The position numbers and the translations under genes are program-made. Shown piece after piece: positions 12,266 to 24,368 of a stretch of 64,000 bases of DNA (position 1 is the first letter of the stretch; the number at the start of each line of letters is the position of its first letter). The DNA is taken from assembly GCF_006345805.1 (NCBI RefSeq), contig NC_043006.1:40052001-40116000 (forward strand), given 5' to 3'. Source of the stretch: Octopus sinensis (Eukaryota). Below the pieces are notes generated by a model that was not told the DNA's origin, ran no database searches, and saw only the letters and a program-made list of their open reading frames with translations.

Positions 12266-12462
12266 TGTGACCCCCTTCGGTCATGAATGACCATGGGATT
12301 ACATCTAGAAAGTTACCATCCGAGGCACAAGTCTGGGCAAGGTTGTTTATGGAAGACCAGCAGTCGCCCATGCATACCAGCCTTCCCTCTCCACGCCACC
12401 GATGTTATCCAAGGGAAAGGCAAAGGCCGATACAGCTTGGCACCAGTGACGTCGCAGCTCAT
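12266..12462 (-). mobile_element. SINE family D (CORE-like), 3' part
   Basis: agcagtcgcccatgcataccagcc..ccctctccac...caagggaaaggcaaagg...agcttggcaccagtgac shared with the 34345 copy. Confidence 0.8.
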
Positions 12463-12464
12463 TT

Positions 12465-12711
12465 ATTAATGTGCAAGTGGCTGAGCACTCCACAGACACG
12501 TGTACACTTAACGTAGTTCTCGGGGAGATTCAGCGTGACACACAGTGTGACAAGGCTAGCCCTTTGAAATACAGGTACAACAGAAACAGGAAGAAAGAGT
12601 GAGAGAAAGTTGTGGTGAAAGAGTACAGCAGGGTTCACCACCACCCCCTGCCGGAGCCTCGTGGAGCTTTAGGTGTTTTCGCTTAATAAACACTCACAAT
12701 GCCCGGTCTGA

Positions 12712-12712
<1 letters not shown>
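12465..12712 (-). mobile_element. SINE family C, 5'-truncated
   Basis: gtgcaagtggctgagcactccacagacacg...ggagctttaggtgttttcgctt.aataaacactcacaatgcccggtctg. Confidence 0.85.
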
Positions 12713-12759
<47 letters not shown>

Positions 12760-13668
12760 CGATGACTATGATGATGATGAATATAAAGATTTTAAATTAT
12801 ACATTTATGTACGAGAACTCTTCGTATCCATTCACATTCCTTAATATCAAGTTTGAATTTCTCATCGTACCTCACAATGTGAGAATTTAGCGACCCACCG
12901 TAGTATTATTGGCCATCAAAATGGCGTTGCACATGAATTTTGTTTTAATCTGTTAGGGCTGAAATCCCTGATTGTCACAGATAGGTGAAGCCAATGGAAA
13001 GACTCACCGTCACTGCTTCATTACATTCAACAAATCGAACTAATCGATATTCTTATTGAAATTATAAATGGCTACTACATATTTTTAAACTTCAGTAAAC
13101 CATAAATGTCAACCCCCATCCATTTTCTCCCTCCATTGCTGGAGTTGTGTTGTGGAGGTAGAGGTGTCAGGTACCTCCATAGGGTCCTCTCAGAAGCAAA
13201 CGTAATCAAACTTTCCTGCTGGATTCCCGAGCCGATGAGTCTATGTATATTAACTGAGTCTGATTATTATCCAGCCATCTTGTTCTTGGTCCTAATCCTG
13301 GGTCTCCTGCCTATCGGCTCGGCTTGAAGAAGCCATCTTGTGACATTTTAATCACAAATTCGTTTTCCGGAGATGTGACTTTTTCACTGCAAAGAAACGG
13401 AGGAGCGACCCGGTGTGATTACCTAACTACATACCCTGTCGCTTAACTTCACTTCGGAGATCCTTCGATGGAACTTATTTCAGCATCTGCGTATTCGCGA
13501 TCGTACTCTTTCGGTCGTTAACCGAAATCCATGGCTATAGGTGGGGATAGGCACGAAAACCGAATTGAAGATAGAAAGTTCTTTTTTTTTCCAATTTCTC
13601 CTCCCTTAAACCGTTTCTGAAATGTGCTATAGTTGAGAAAATCCTCATGCAAGGAATTTACATGCAAC

Positions 13669-13930
13669 CAGGAGTGGCTGTGTTGTAAGTAGCTTGCTTA
13701 CCAACCACATGGTTCCGGGATCAGTCCCACTGGGTGGAACCTTGGACAAGTGTCTACTATAGCCTCGGGCCGACCAAAGTCTTGAGTGGATTTGGTAGAG
13801 AGAACTGAAAGAAGCCCGTCGTATATAAGTATATATGTGTGTGTGTTTGTATATGTTTGTGTGTCTGTGTTTGTCCCCCCCCCCCAACATTGCTTGACAA
13901 CCGTCAAATGACTGAAACAAGTAAAAGAGT
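13669..13930 (+). mobile_element. SINE family A with a 3' internal deletion
   Basis: caggagtggctgtgttgtaagtagc... head; cttgacaaccg joins directly to tcaaatgactgaaacaagtaaaagag. Confidence 0.85.
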
Positions 13931-13989
13931 AATCGGATTCCAAGGAGGCGAGCTGGAAGCATCGTAATCACGTCGGAAAAAACACTTAA

Positions 13990-14372
13990 CGGCGAGCTGG
14001 CAGAATCGTTAGCACGCCGGGCGAAATGCTTAGTGGTATTTCATCTGCGGTTACTTTCTGAGTTCAAATTTCGCCGAGGTCGACTTTGCCTTTCATCCTT
14101 TCGGGGTCGATTAAATAAGTACCAGTTACGCACTGGTGTCGATATAATTGACTTAATCCATTTGTCTGTCCTTGTTTGTTCTCTCTGTGTTTAGCCTTTT
14201 GTGGGTAGTAAAGAAATAGGTATTTCTTCCGGCCTTACATTAGGAGTTGAAATAATGTCGACGTCGACTTTGCCTTTCGGGGTCGATAAAATAAGTACTA
14301 GCTGAGCACTTTGGTCGATGTAATCGACTTAGCCTCTCCTTCAAAAGTTTTGGCATTGTGCCAAAATTACAA
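13990..14372 (+). mobile_element. SINE family B, dimeric form
   Basis: ggcgagctggcagaatcgttagc head and body, linker ttgtctgtccttgtttgt...gtagtaaagaaataggtatttc, second body; same layout at 46955. Confidence 0.85.
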
Positions 14373-15269
14373 AGAATTATATTATTGTTAGTATTTGAGT
14401 TGTTGTAGATATCAAAATACGCACCGATAAATGTGAAAACAAATTATGAGATCTTATTTAAAAGATCTGCAATAGCATTGTATTTTTAGTTTTAAACGGG
14501 AATAGCGCAAAGTTCTTTTTATACAATTGTACTAGAAAGATATTTATTTATACTCTTTGACCAGCAGGAATATTGAAGAACTTAACAGGCGGAAAAGAAG
14601 AGCTTACAAGTGACCTTATGTTTTAGTTGTCAATAAATCAACTTGATGCATCGAAAGTCGTTTCTGCTTTAATAGTAAATTCAGTTTTGTGAAGAATTAA
14701 ATATAAAAACAAACTCATCGTTGTAGATCAAATACCTGTTCTCTAAATATACACACTATTTCATTCGCTTGCTAAGAACTTAAAACGAACAAGAAATTTG
14801 CTAAAACGGAAATTATAGATTCTGTTTACATGACTGAACAAGAGGAGGAAGAACAAAGACCCAAAGGCTTTTAGGGCCTCAAAAACTATTAGGTGAATGG
14901 GATTAAGTAATCACAAACCATAAGTTGCTGCAATGGGAAGTAGCTGGTTATGAAAATATCTTCACATGGGAGACCTATCCGAGTGTGTACATTGCGGAAA
15001 CCATTAATACAATGTTAAGGTGGTTGTATCAGTTGGTCGAAAGATCAGGTTTATCAACCAAGGACAGGTACAGTGCAGCCGAAGACTTGTATACAGTATT
15101 TGTTGATGCATTGTAACAGACGAGCCTTTGGTTGATTGGCAGCCATGGTAAAAGCACTTACCTAAGTGCCATATGTATGCTAAAATTTTATTAAATCATA
15201 TTGTACATCACGGAATATATAAATTAATTGTATTCATATATATTGTATCTGTGTTATCTTTTAATTAAT

Positions 15270-15475
15270 TCAGCCATTAGTCTGTGGCCAGGCTGGGGCA
15301 CCGCCTTGAGAAATTTTATTCGAAGTAACCGACCCAAGTACTTATCTTTTATCATCCCTTTCAGCCTGGTACTTATTTTATCGATATTTTCTACCGAACC
15401 GCGAGGGTTACGAGGAGGAAAACACATCATCAATGGTTGTCAAGCGGGGCTGAGTGACAAACAGACACACTGAAA
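15270..15475 (-). mobile_element. SINE family A, 3' half
   Basis: ctgtggccaggctggggcaccgccttga...accgaaccgc...ggttgtcaagcg. Confidence 0.75.
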
Positions 15476-17181
15476 CGCGTGCACACAAACACACACATAC
15501 ACACACATATGTACGTATGTATATGTATATATATATGTATATATATATAGGTATATACATTAGCACACACACATACATACATACATACTACATACATACA
15601 TACATACATACATACATACCAGGGACGTGTCACGTGGGTAGGCAAGTTAGGCAATTCCCACCTTGAATAAAATAGATCGATAGCAACATTTTCCTTTTAT
15701 GGCAAAATATGCACCTAACTCAAAATTATGAAGGTTACTCTGATCATTATGCATAAAATGCAAATTATTTTATCATTTTCAAGATTTGGTAGGCATAATT
15801 CGCCCCTGCTTTTCAATCTCGGTATTTAAGCTACGCATAGTAATGCTGTTGTACTCGTGCTGCGTACACGCTTACAGCACTGTTTTCTTTGTGGGCTGTA
15901 AAGGCAGAAGTAAATCTGCCTTCAACTCGGTCGAACGCCTGTGTTTCACTTATGTTTTTTGTTTTACTACATAAAAGTCACCAACTGCTTACCCTGAGTT
16001 ATTACTGACGGCACGTGCCTGATATATACACACACGTACGTACGTATATGGTGTGTGCATATGTGACAAAGAGAGCTTCTGTCTTTTCCCGTACAACTGT
16101 CTTATTCAACAAGGGACACTTGAAAAGTTGCAGAATGTTATGCATGAAACCATTGGTCGCATTATTAATCCGCAAATAAAGAGTATATTTATCCAACAAA
16201 TGCAGTGTTGTATTGTTCACTACTGTTGTATCGTGTACACACGCATAGACAGCCCTTCACACGCAATCACACCTACACACACATAATTATCTTTATGCTG
16301 AATGCATGTATTTTACGTACATACACGTAAATACAGTTGCAAAATATACTTGATGCAGTCAATATTTGAAGAAGGATCTTCAAATAACAATTATTAATTA
16401 CATAAGCAACTAAAAAAAAACAAACAAACAAAAAACAAAGCACTGACACGAACCTTTCGGGAAAAGGTTTGCGTAATGTGTGTAAGCGCTTTCCGAATAG
16501 AGAACGTTTTAGCCGCTACAATAAACGACTTTCTCTATATGAATTATCCTGTGACGTGTGTACTGAAAGCGTCTATATATACACTAGGAAAATTTCCTCC
16601 TAAAAGTTCGTGTGACTTTTTAAAGGCTATTTTATATAATTCATAGTAATTATCTAAAGAAAATCTCTTTTCAAATATCTGTGTTTGTATGCATGCGTGT
16701 GTGTGTGTGTGAATGTGTGCGCGTGCATGTATGAGCGTGTGTGTATGTGTCCAAAAATATAAATATTTGTAGTGGCTATAACAAATTCAGGTGAGCTGAT
16801 ATGGAGAAAGTGATACAGATAAATACATACGCTTGGGCTTGATATATTAAATATAGATGCATAGATCTACACATGTAAATGTATATAAAAATATATATAT
16901 ACACACATATATATATATATATACATATTTTTATATACACACATACATATATTCACACATATACATAAATATATATACACATTTTTATATACATGTATAT
17001 ATATATATATACATATATTTTTATATACATGTATATATATATATATACATATATTTTTATATACATGTATATATATATATATATACACATATGTATATAT
17101 ACATATATTTTCATATACATGTATATATATATATATACATATGTATATATACATATATTTTTATATATGTATATATATATA

Positions 17182-17458
<277 letters not shown>

Positions 17459-17623
17459 ATTATTTTCAGTTTTTGTCTGTCAATTATATCCCTATATATA
17501 AATTTACAACTGTGCATAAATGTATGTATGTATAAAATATGTATATATATATGCATACATATATGCATATACATATATAGATACGCATATGTATATATAT
17601 ATATATAATATATATATATATAT

Positions 17624-17666
<43 letters not shown>

Positions 17667-18479
17667 ATATATAACAGATGCATTTATACATATAGACAAA
17701 CTCACACATATTCGTGCGCACACATAATGTATGTGTTGTTATGCATAAGGACAGACATTTGATAACCTTAGTTCGTACCGAAGCCTGCTAAGTCATAAGA
17801 AAATATATATTTTAAGAATGAATGTTTCTATGATTTCTGACGACGTTTCCTATTGATTCCTCGCCAACAGCCATCCTAGCTATCTGTTGATACAATTGAT
17901 ACAAACGAAACAAATCAATTCTCACTGTTTGTTATCACAGCTGAACAATTGATGTATTTTCCGTAAGTTACACAGAAGATAAACTGAGTCCGCTATTACA
18001 CACACACGTACACATTTACCAACAGCTATACATAGAAACACATATATACTGTATGCAAGGCTAGGTACGCATGTAACTACCTTTAGTAATATCAATGATA
18101 AGTGATTACTTTGCATGCATTATGCGTTCTCAGAGACATGAAGGCACACAGATATAAGCATACCAATGTTCGCCCATTGTGTGTGTGTGTGTAGTGTGTT
18201 TGTGTGTATGTGAGAATGATGGTGGGTGAAGGTGGAGTGTAAGGGGGGATGGCAGTAGACATATCTGACTGTTGGGGGTGATGGTGGGGCTGGTGGTAGT
18301 AAAGATGCGCGCGCGTGTGTTTGTGTACAAAGTGTAAAATTCTGAGTGCCTCCTTTTTCTCGAGACATATATATGAGACGCATAAATTATAATGGTTATT
18401 GACAATTTTGTCTTTTTTTCGGCATATTTGACATTAGAATTGTTCTTTTATCCTTATTTTGTAAGGTGTATATATATAA

Positions 18480-18572
18480 ACCCTCCTTCTTCCCTTCTTT
18501 CCTGAGCGTCCAATAATACTTTATTCCACGTCCTTGCGTTGTTTTTTGTTTTTGTTTTCTTGTTTGGATTAA
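18480..18572 (+). mobile_element. 5'-truncated copy of the 28403 element (hammerhead part absent)
   Basis: aaaccctccttct...tttcctgagcgtccaataatact...ttccacgtcct...tgtttggattaact followed by (TA)n. Confidence 0.8.
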
Positions 18573-18575
18573 CTT

Positions 18576-18644
<69 letters not shown>

Positions 18645-18717
18645 ATATATATATATGTATATATATGTATATGCATATATATATATATGTATATGTATAT
18701 GTATATATATGTATATA

Positions 18718-18750
<33 letters not shown>

Positions 18751-18790
18751 AATATATATATATTATATATATATATATATATTATATATA

Positions 18791-18839
<49 letters not shown>

Positions 18840-18902
18840 ATATATACATACATACATAAATATTCTTCCACAGCGTTGGATTTTTATCTCATCTGTTCAT
18901 TG

Positions 18903-18940
<38 letters not shown>

Positions 18941-19086
18941 CACACACACACACAATATGTACTTTTATGCGTATACGTATTTTCATGTATATATACATGA
19001 GTATATGAATACAAATAAATACATGTGTAAGTATATATGTATGTATATATTTATATGTGTATATAGATGTTTATATATATGCAATA

Positions 19087-19121
<35 letters not shown>

Positions 19122-19467
19122 TGTTTATATATATATAATAACTTTTATATATATAATCTATATATATATATCTAGATATATAACTATATATACGTGCGTG
19201 TGTGTATATATATATATACACACACAAACATGAATGTGTGAGTGTATGTGTGTGTATGTGTGCCTTTATCTGTTACATACACATAGATAAATGCACTTAA
19301 TTCCTTCTATACCCTAATACCCATGCATATACGCCTATGGTTCTGCACGTACATCTACATACATCATACTCCTCACATGAAGGTTTTAATTTAAATCCTT
19401 ACTTCTTAACAAAATCTTATTACTCGTAAAGAATTATTTATATGCACAGTCAGCAACACCTCCTCCC

Positions 19468-19517
<50 letters not shown>

Positions 19518-20053
19518 TGTACATGCACATACACCCGGCATCACAGCTAGTAATATGACGAATCGAATCTGTACAGTCGCTATTTTATGAACTGATCGAT
19601 TTTGTCTGAAATGCCGTTGGCTATTGGAGGAGCTTTAAAGATTATTATCGCCATAAAAGACATCGTATCAACTGGAATTGGTCGCCATTATCTTCCCTTG
19701 GAACTTTTCAATTATTCTTTTAGCGATACGGTTTTGTTTTTTCCTCGTCATAATGGAGTTGTGGCTGCTTCTGTTGTTTTTGTTGCTGCTGCTGTTGTTG
19801 TTGCAATTGTTGTTACTGCACTTGATGCTGTTGTGATGATATTGCGGTAGGATCAGTAGCAAGTTCGAGAGCTATGGCGGTGACTGTGTTGGTAGCGATG
19901 ACGAGGGATGGAAATGGCGGTGATGGTGGTACATGTGAGACTGATGGTGGTAGTGGTAGTGGAAATAGATTTATTTGTGATGAGTACGGCAAAAGAGGTG
20001 ACTGTGGATATGATGGCGGTGGTAGTGGTAGCTTATACAGGTGTGATAGCTGT

Positions 20054-20329
20054 GGACCCTAAATAAGGGTTGTTTAAAGATGTTGAAAGAAACCATAGTG
20101 GAGTTGTTGGGGAGCATCATAGCCATGTTTCCAGAAGTGAATTATTCAAGCCCTCAAGAATTCCTCTCAATACATGGTTATGAAACTCCACCCACTACTT
20201 CGCGTGATCAGAGCTGCACATATCGTCAGCCATTAAGGGACATGCTTAATTGGTTAAGGTTAAGCAAATCTGTCGTATTGAGCAGAATATTTGCTGTAGC
20301 CCATCTTTTATACCAAGACAAAACACTGC

Positions 20330-20330
<1 letters not shown>
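20054..20330 (-). repeat. Partial copy of the (AAT)n-tailed interspersed repeat at 20465
   Basis: ccatgtttcca.a.gtgaattattcaa.ccc.aagaa...catatcgtcagcca..aagggacatgct...gagcagaatatttgctg shared. Confidence 0.85.
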
Positions 20331-20372
<42 letters not shown>

Positions 20373-20464
20373 ATTATTGTTATTATTATTATAATATTAT
20401 TATTATTATTATTGTTATTATTATTATAATATTATTATTATTATTGTTGTTGTTGTTGTTATTA

Positions 20465-21013
20465 TTGAGTGAGAGAGCAGCGCATGCCATCTAAGTGACA
20501 CTGGGATAGAAATATACGAAGCCCAATATACCCATCATGACTACCCGTCTGACAAGGGTACATCAGGCACATGTATCACAACCATGTGCGTGCGTCATGG
20601 TGATCTCATAACAAGATAAAAAGCGCATGATCTTGCAGGTGGGACCCAGTTAGAATTTTCTTCAGGTTGAGTAGCCCATCTCACTCAGATGTTTCGTGAA
20701 TAAGGGATGCTTAACAATGCTGAACAAAACCCCCATGTTTCCAAAGGTGAATTATTCAAACCCCAAAGAATCACTCTCAACACATGGCTATGATGATCCC
20801 CCACTACTTCTGCTTGTGATCAGATCAGAGATGCACATATCGTCAGCCACCAAGGGACATGCTCAACTGGTTATGGTCAAACAACTGACAGGCAAATTGT
20901 GGTACTGAGCAGAATATTTGCTGCAGCCTATCTTTTATACCAAGACAAAACAATGTACATAACACTTCCAATCAATCGAGATCAGAAGCCATGAGAACCG
21001 CTGCCTGGTACCG

Positions 21014-21014
<1 letters not shown>
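20465..21014 (-). mobile_element. ~550-bp non-coding retroposon-like repeat with an (AAT)n tail
   Basis: Two copies in the window; the minus-strand 3' end runs into (AAT)n; no ORF and no tRNA head recognised. Confidence 0.65.
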
Positions 21015-21050
<36 letters not shown>

Positions 21051-21269
21051 GTTGTTGTTGTTGTTGTTATTATTATTACAATTGTTCCTCTGTTTTGTTT
21101 CGGCCCTTGTGGTCAATAAAGTATTATTATTATTATTATTATCCCCTCCCCCAAATTTTCAGGCCTTGTGCCTATACTATAAAGGATTATTATTATTAGT
21201 TGTAGTCCTCCTCCTTCTCCTCCTCCTCCTCTTTGTTGGACAAAACGCTTTACTACATTTCTTCCGCTT

Positions 21270-21420
21270 CACTACGTTTTGAATTCAAATTCCGCCGGGG
21301 TCATCTTTGCCTGCCATGCCCTCAGGGAATCGATCAAATAAAGTACCCAGTCAAGTACTAGGATCGATGGCATCGACTTTCCCCACCCCTTAAAACTGTT
21401 TGCTTTGTGCCACAATTCAA
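21270..21420 (+). mobile_element. SINE family B (diverged)
   Basis: gttttgaattcaaattccgccggggtcatctttgcc...aaataaagtacc. Confidence 0.7.
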
Positions 21421-21639
21421 AACATCATTTTCATTATTGTTGTGGTTATTGTTATTAACCCCCAACTCAACAGGTCAGTACTGACCATTCGGTTTTTTTT
21501 TTCATTTCAGGAAAAGTGTATCTAGGGTTACCTTATCAAACATGACGTTTTCTCATGCGATAAAGTAAGATTTAAGTGAAATTCGGTTGTCATTTCTTTG
21601 TATGTATGGTGGATTTTTATTTTTTCATTATTGGAAAGT

Positions 21640-21830
21640 TGTTTCGTGAAGGCATATGACCTATTGGTTAGAATGTTGCACTTACGATTGCGAGATTGTG
21701 GTTTCGATTACCACAGTGGGCAGTTGCGTTGTGTTCTTGAGCAAAACACTTCATTCCACGTTGCTCCAGTCCACTCGGCTGTAAATGAGTTTTACTGTGC
21801 AACAGACTGGCGTCCCATCCAGGGGAAAGA
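21640..21830 (+). mobile_element. SINE family D (tRNA head plus CORE-like segment)
   Basis: gaaggcatatgacctattggttagaatg...ggtttcgatt...gtgttcttgagcaaaacacttcattccacgttgctccagtccactc.gctgtaaatgagt. Confidence 0.8.
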
Positions 21831-22221
21831 AGGAGGAAAAGCTGTGATCTCGTTCTTTTGCACGCCACTTTTGGTAATTGACTCAGTCTTAGGAGTCCAG
21901 GCAGTAACGTCAGGGGTTGTTGCTGACGATGCTGCTGCTTACTGTTGATGATGATGATGTTTAGATTTCATGCGGATTACATTTTTGACTCAGCTTCATT
22001 TTTTCTTCCTTTTCGTCTTCCTATTGACTGATAAATTTGTTTGGATCACAAATTTAGAGATTATTGTTTTTTACTTCTTATTTTTGTTTTTTTTTCTCTA
22101 TCTTAATTCTTCAACAGTTGCTGTTTCAGGTACAGCCGTAAAAAAAGTCTATGGTTTTCGTTTTATTTTTGTTGTCCATCCTCTGTTAACACTTTCTCTT
22201 GATCATCAATGCTTTAATGCT

Positions 22222-22746
22222 ACCGATTTTGTCATTGAAGTTGTTTAGCTCCAGGTCAAACCAGATAAAGCAGACCTCGGATCAAAGGTGTCCTCCAGAT
22301 TTGCGTAGTAGATTCAACTGTCTTAGATCCTTACTTTATTTTACTGATCCCAGAAGGATGATATCACGACGAGATTTGAACTCAGAGCTCAGTGCCACTG
22401 ATTTTGTCACTGATGTTGTTTAGCTCCAGGTCAAACCAGATAAAGCAGACCTCGGATCAAAGGTGTCCTCCGGATTTGCGTAGTAGATTCAACTGTCTTA
22501 GTTCCTTACTTTATTTTACTGATCCCAGAAGGTTGATATCACGACGGGATTTGAACTCAGAGCTCAGTGCCACTTATTTTGTCACTGATGTTGTTTAGCT
22601 CCAGGTCAAACCAGATAAAGCAGACCTCGGATCAAAGGTGTCCTCCAGATTTGCGTAGTAGATTCAACTGTCTTAGGTCCTTACTTTATTTTACTGATCC
22701 CAGAAGGTTGATATCACGACGGGATTTGAACTCAGCTCAGTGCCAC
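22222..22746. repeat. Tandem array of 3 x 175 bp, SINE-derived
   Basis: ttgtttagctccaggtcaaaccagataaagcag starts at 22241, 22416 and 22591; the units are nearly identical. Confidence 0.95.
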
Positions 22747-23030
22747 AAGAGATTCTCCAAAGTGTTGTGTTCTACACTGTAACGTTTCAGTCAATTCACT
22801 GACTGAGAAGTCATTTAGAGTCGCAATTTCCAATATTTGTAGCTGGGTGTATTTTTAACTATGTATAACGACAGATGTGTATGTTATATATATATATATA
22901 TATATGTTTATATATTGGCCTGCTCGCTTAGCCAGCGGGGTGGCGTCGTCCGAAGCCTAAAACATGCAAACGCATAGTGACCAGCGATGTGTAGCAACAT
23001 CTGATGGTCTGGTCGGTCAAGGTGAATCAT

Positions 23031-23084
<54 letters not shown>

Positions 23085-23088
<4 letters not shown>

Positions 23089-23634
23089 TGTTAATAAAAT
23101 AGAACATATGCAATATATAAACATATATGTACGTACCTACCTCTACATGTACATATACACGCAATATATGTGTACAGGACACCAAAAAGACGTCGAACAC
23201 ATAGAGAGACGAAAAACATAGACACAAACCAAGGAACAGGACAAGCAAAAAAGAAAAAAAAAGATACAGGACAATAAGCACAACGAAAAATCCCCTTCTT
23301 CAGTCGCTAAGGTTTCATCTACTCTACGTTTCGAAGGATAAAAGCGAGACGTATACTTCGAAGAAACTTCCTTCCTGCGAAAAGCAAATCAATTAAAATT
23401 CTGAGATCTTTTCGTAGAGGGGTAAAAAATGGTAAAAAAAGCAAGACGGTAACGACAGTACAAACATATAAACAGTAAAAAAAATTAAATATAAACAGTT
23501 GAAAAATAAATATATAACAGTGAGAGACAGGACAAGGAGAACAAGATAAGAAGGGCTGTTTACGCCAGACGAAAAAAGTAATGCAAACGCTGGATTATAG
23601 TGGACGACGAGAGAGAAAGAATGTCGACCAGTGG

Positions 23635-23637
<3 letters not shown>
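23085..23637 (-). mobile_element. ~550-bp non-autonomous element embedded in (TA)n, Penelope-terminal-repeat-like
   Basis: Pure (TA)n on both sides; pyrimidine-rich on the minus strand; contains the hammerhead-like motif at 23290-23353. Confidence 0.6.
23290..23353 (-). ncRNA. Hammerhead ribozyme candidate with non-circularly permuted topology
   Basis: Minus strand UACGU-C-UCGCU-uuu-AUCCUUC-GAA-ACGUA-gaguagaugaaaccuu-AGCGA-CUGAAGA-A-GGGGAU: canonical CUGANGA, GAAA and GUC; stems I and III are 5-bp Watson-Crick. Confidence 0.7.
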
Positions 23638-23668
<31 letters not shown>

Positions 23669-24368
23669 GTGTGTGTGTGCGTGCGCATGCGTTCTCAGTA
23701 GATTGAAAAAAAATCGATGGGGATCCTTAATCCATTTCTGAATCTTATCGGATTCTCATCAAAGTAGTTTACTTCATTTTTGACCAATCCCAGAGAAACA
23801 TACAGTCAATCTAAGTACTCAACATTTACAGCAGCTACAGGAAACTGGATCATACTAATTTGCATACCGTCACGCACACATTTTTTAATTGTTTTAGTTA
23901 TTTGACTGCGGCGATGCTAGAGCACAGCCTTGAAGAGTCAAGTCGAACAAAGCAACACCAGGACATTTTTCTTTTTTCTAAGGGACATTGTGAAGTAATC
24001 AATTCTTGTGACAAAGGGGTCTCGCCATTTTGGATACTTGAAAAATAAGAATGAGTCTAGAGAGTGGACCAAGGGAGGTAACAGGTGGCAAGGGGGACAA
24101 CTAACTCATCAATATAATTTTTGAAGTGGTCAAAGTTTGTATATTAAGGTGTGGTCTGTACTTTTGCATGAACAGGTTTTCCTTGTTTGGGCGTTCTTGT
24201 AAGGAGATTGAATCTTTGCATTGGTATAATAGAAAGATATGGAAATTCGGCGTTTTATTTCTTGCGCATCTGTCGATATGTCCGCTCTGGCGAGACCCTT
24301 TTGTCATAAAAATAGATTACTTCACAATGTCCTTGAATATCACTACATTCATAAAATATGTATATATA

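Noticed and set aside
14925-15116. 63-aa ORF, and a CVHCG motif in another frame
   Set aside because: Short, stop-interrupted, no recognisable domain or splice context.
18580-19190. Recurrent TT/AA phase shifts within long (TA)n tracts, here and elsewhere
   Set aside because: Could be slippage or long-read consensus error; cannot be separated without reads.
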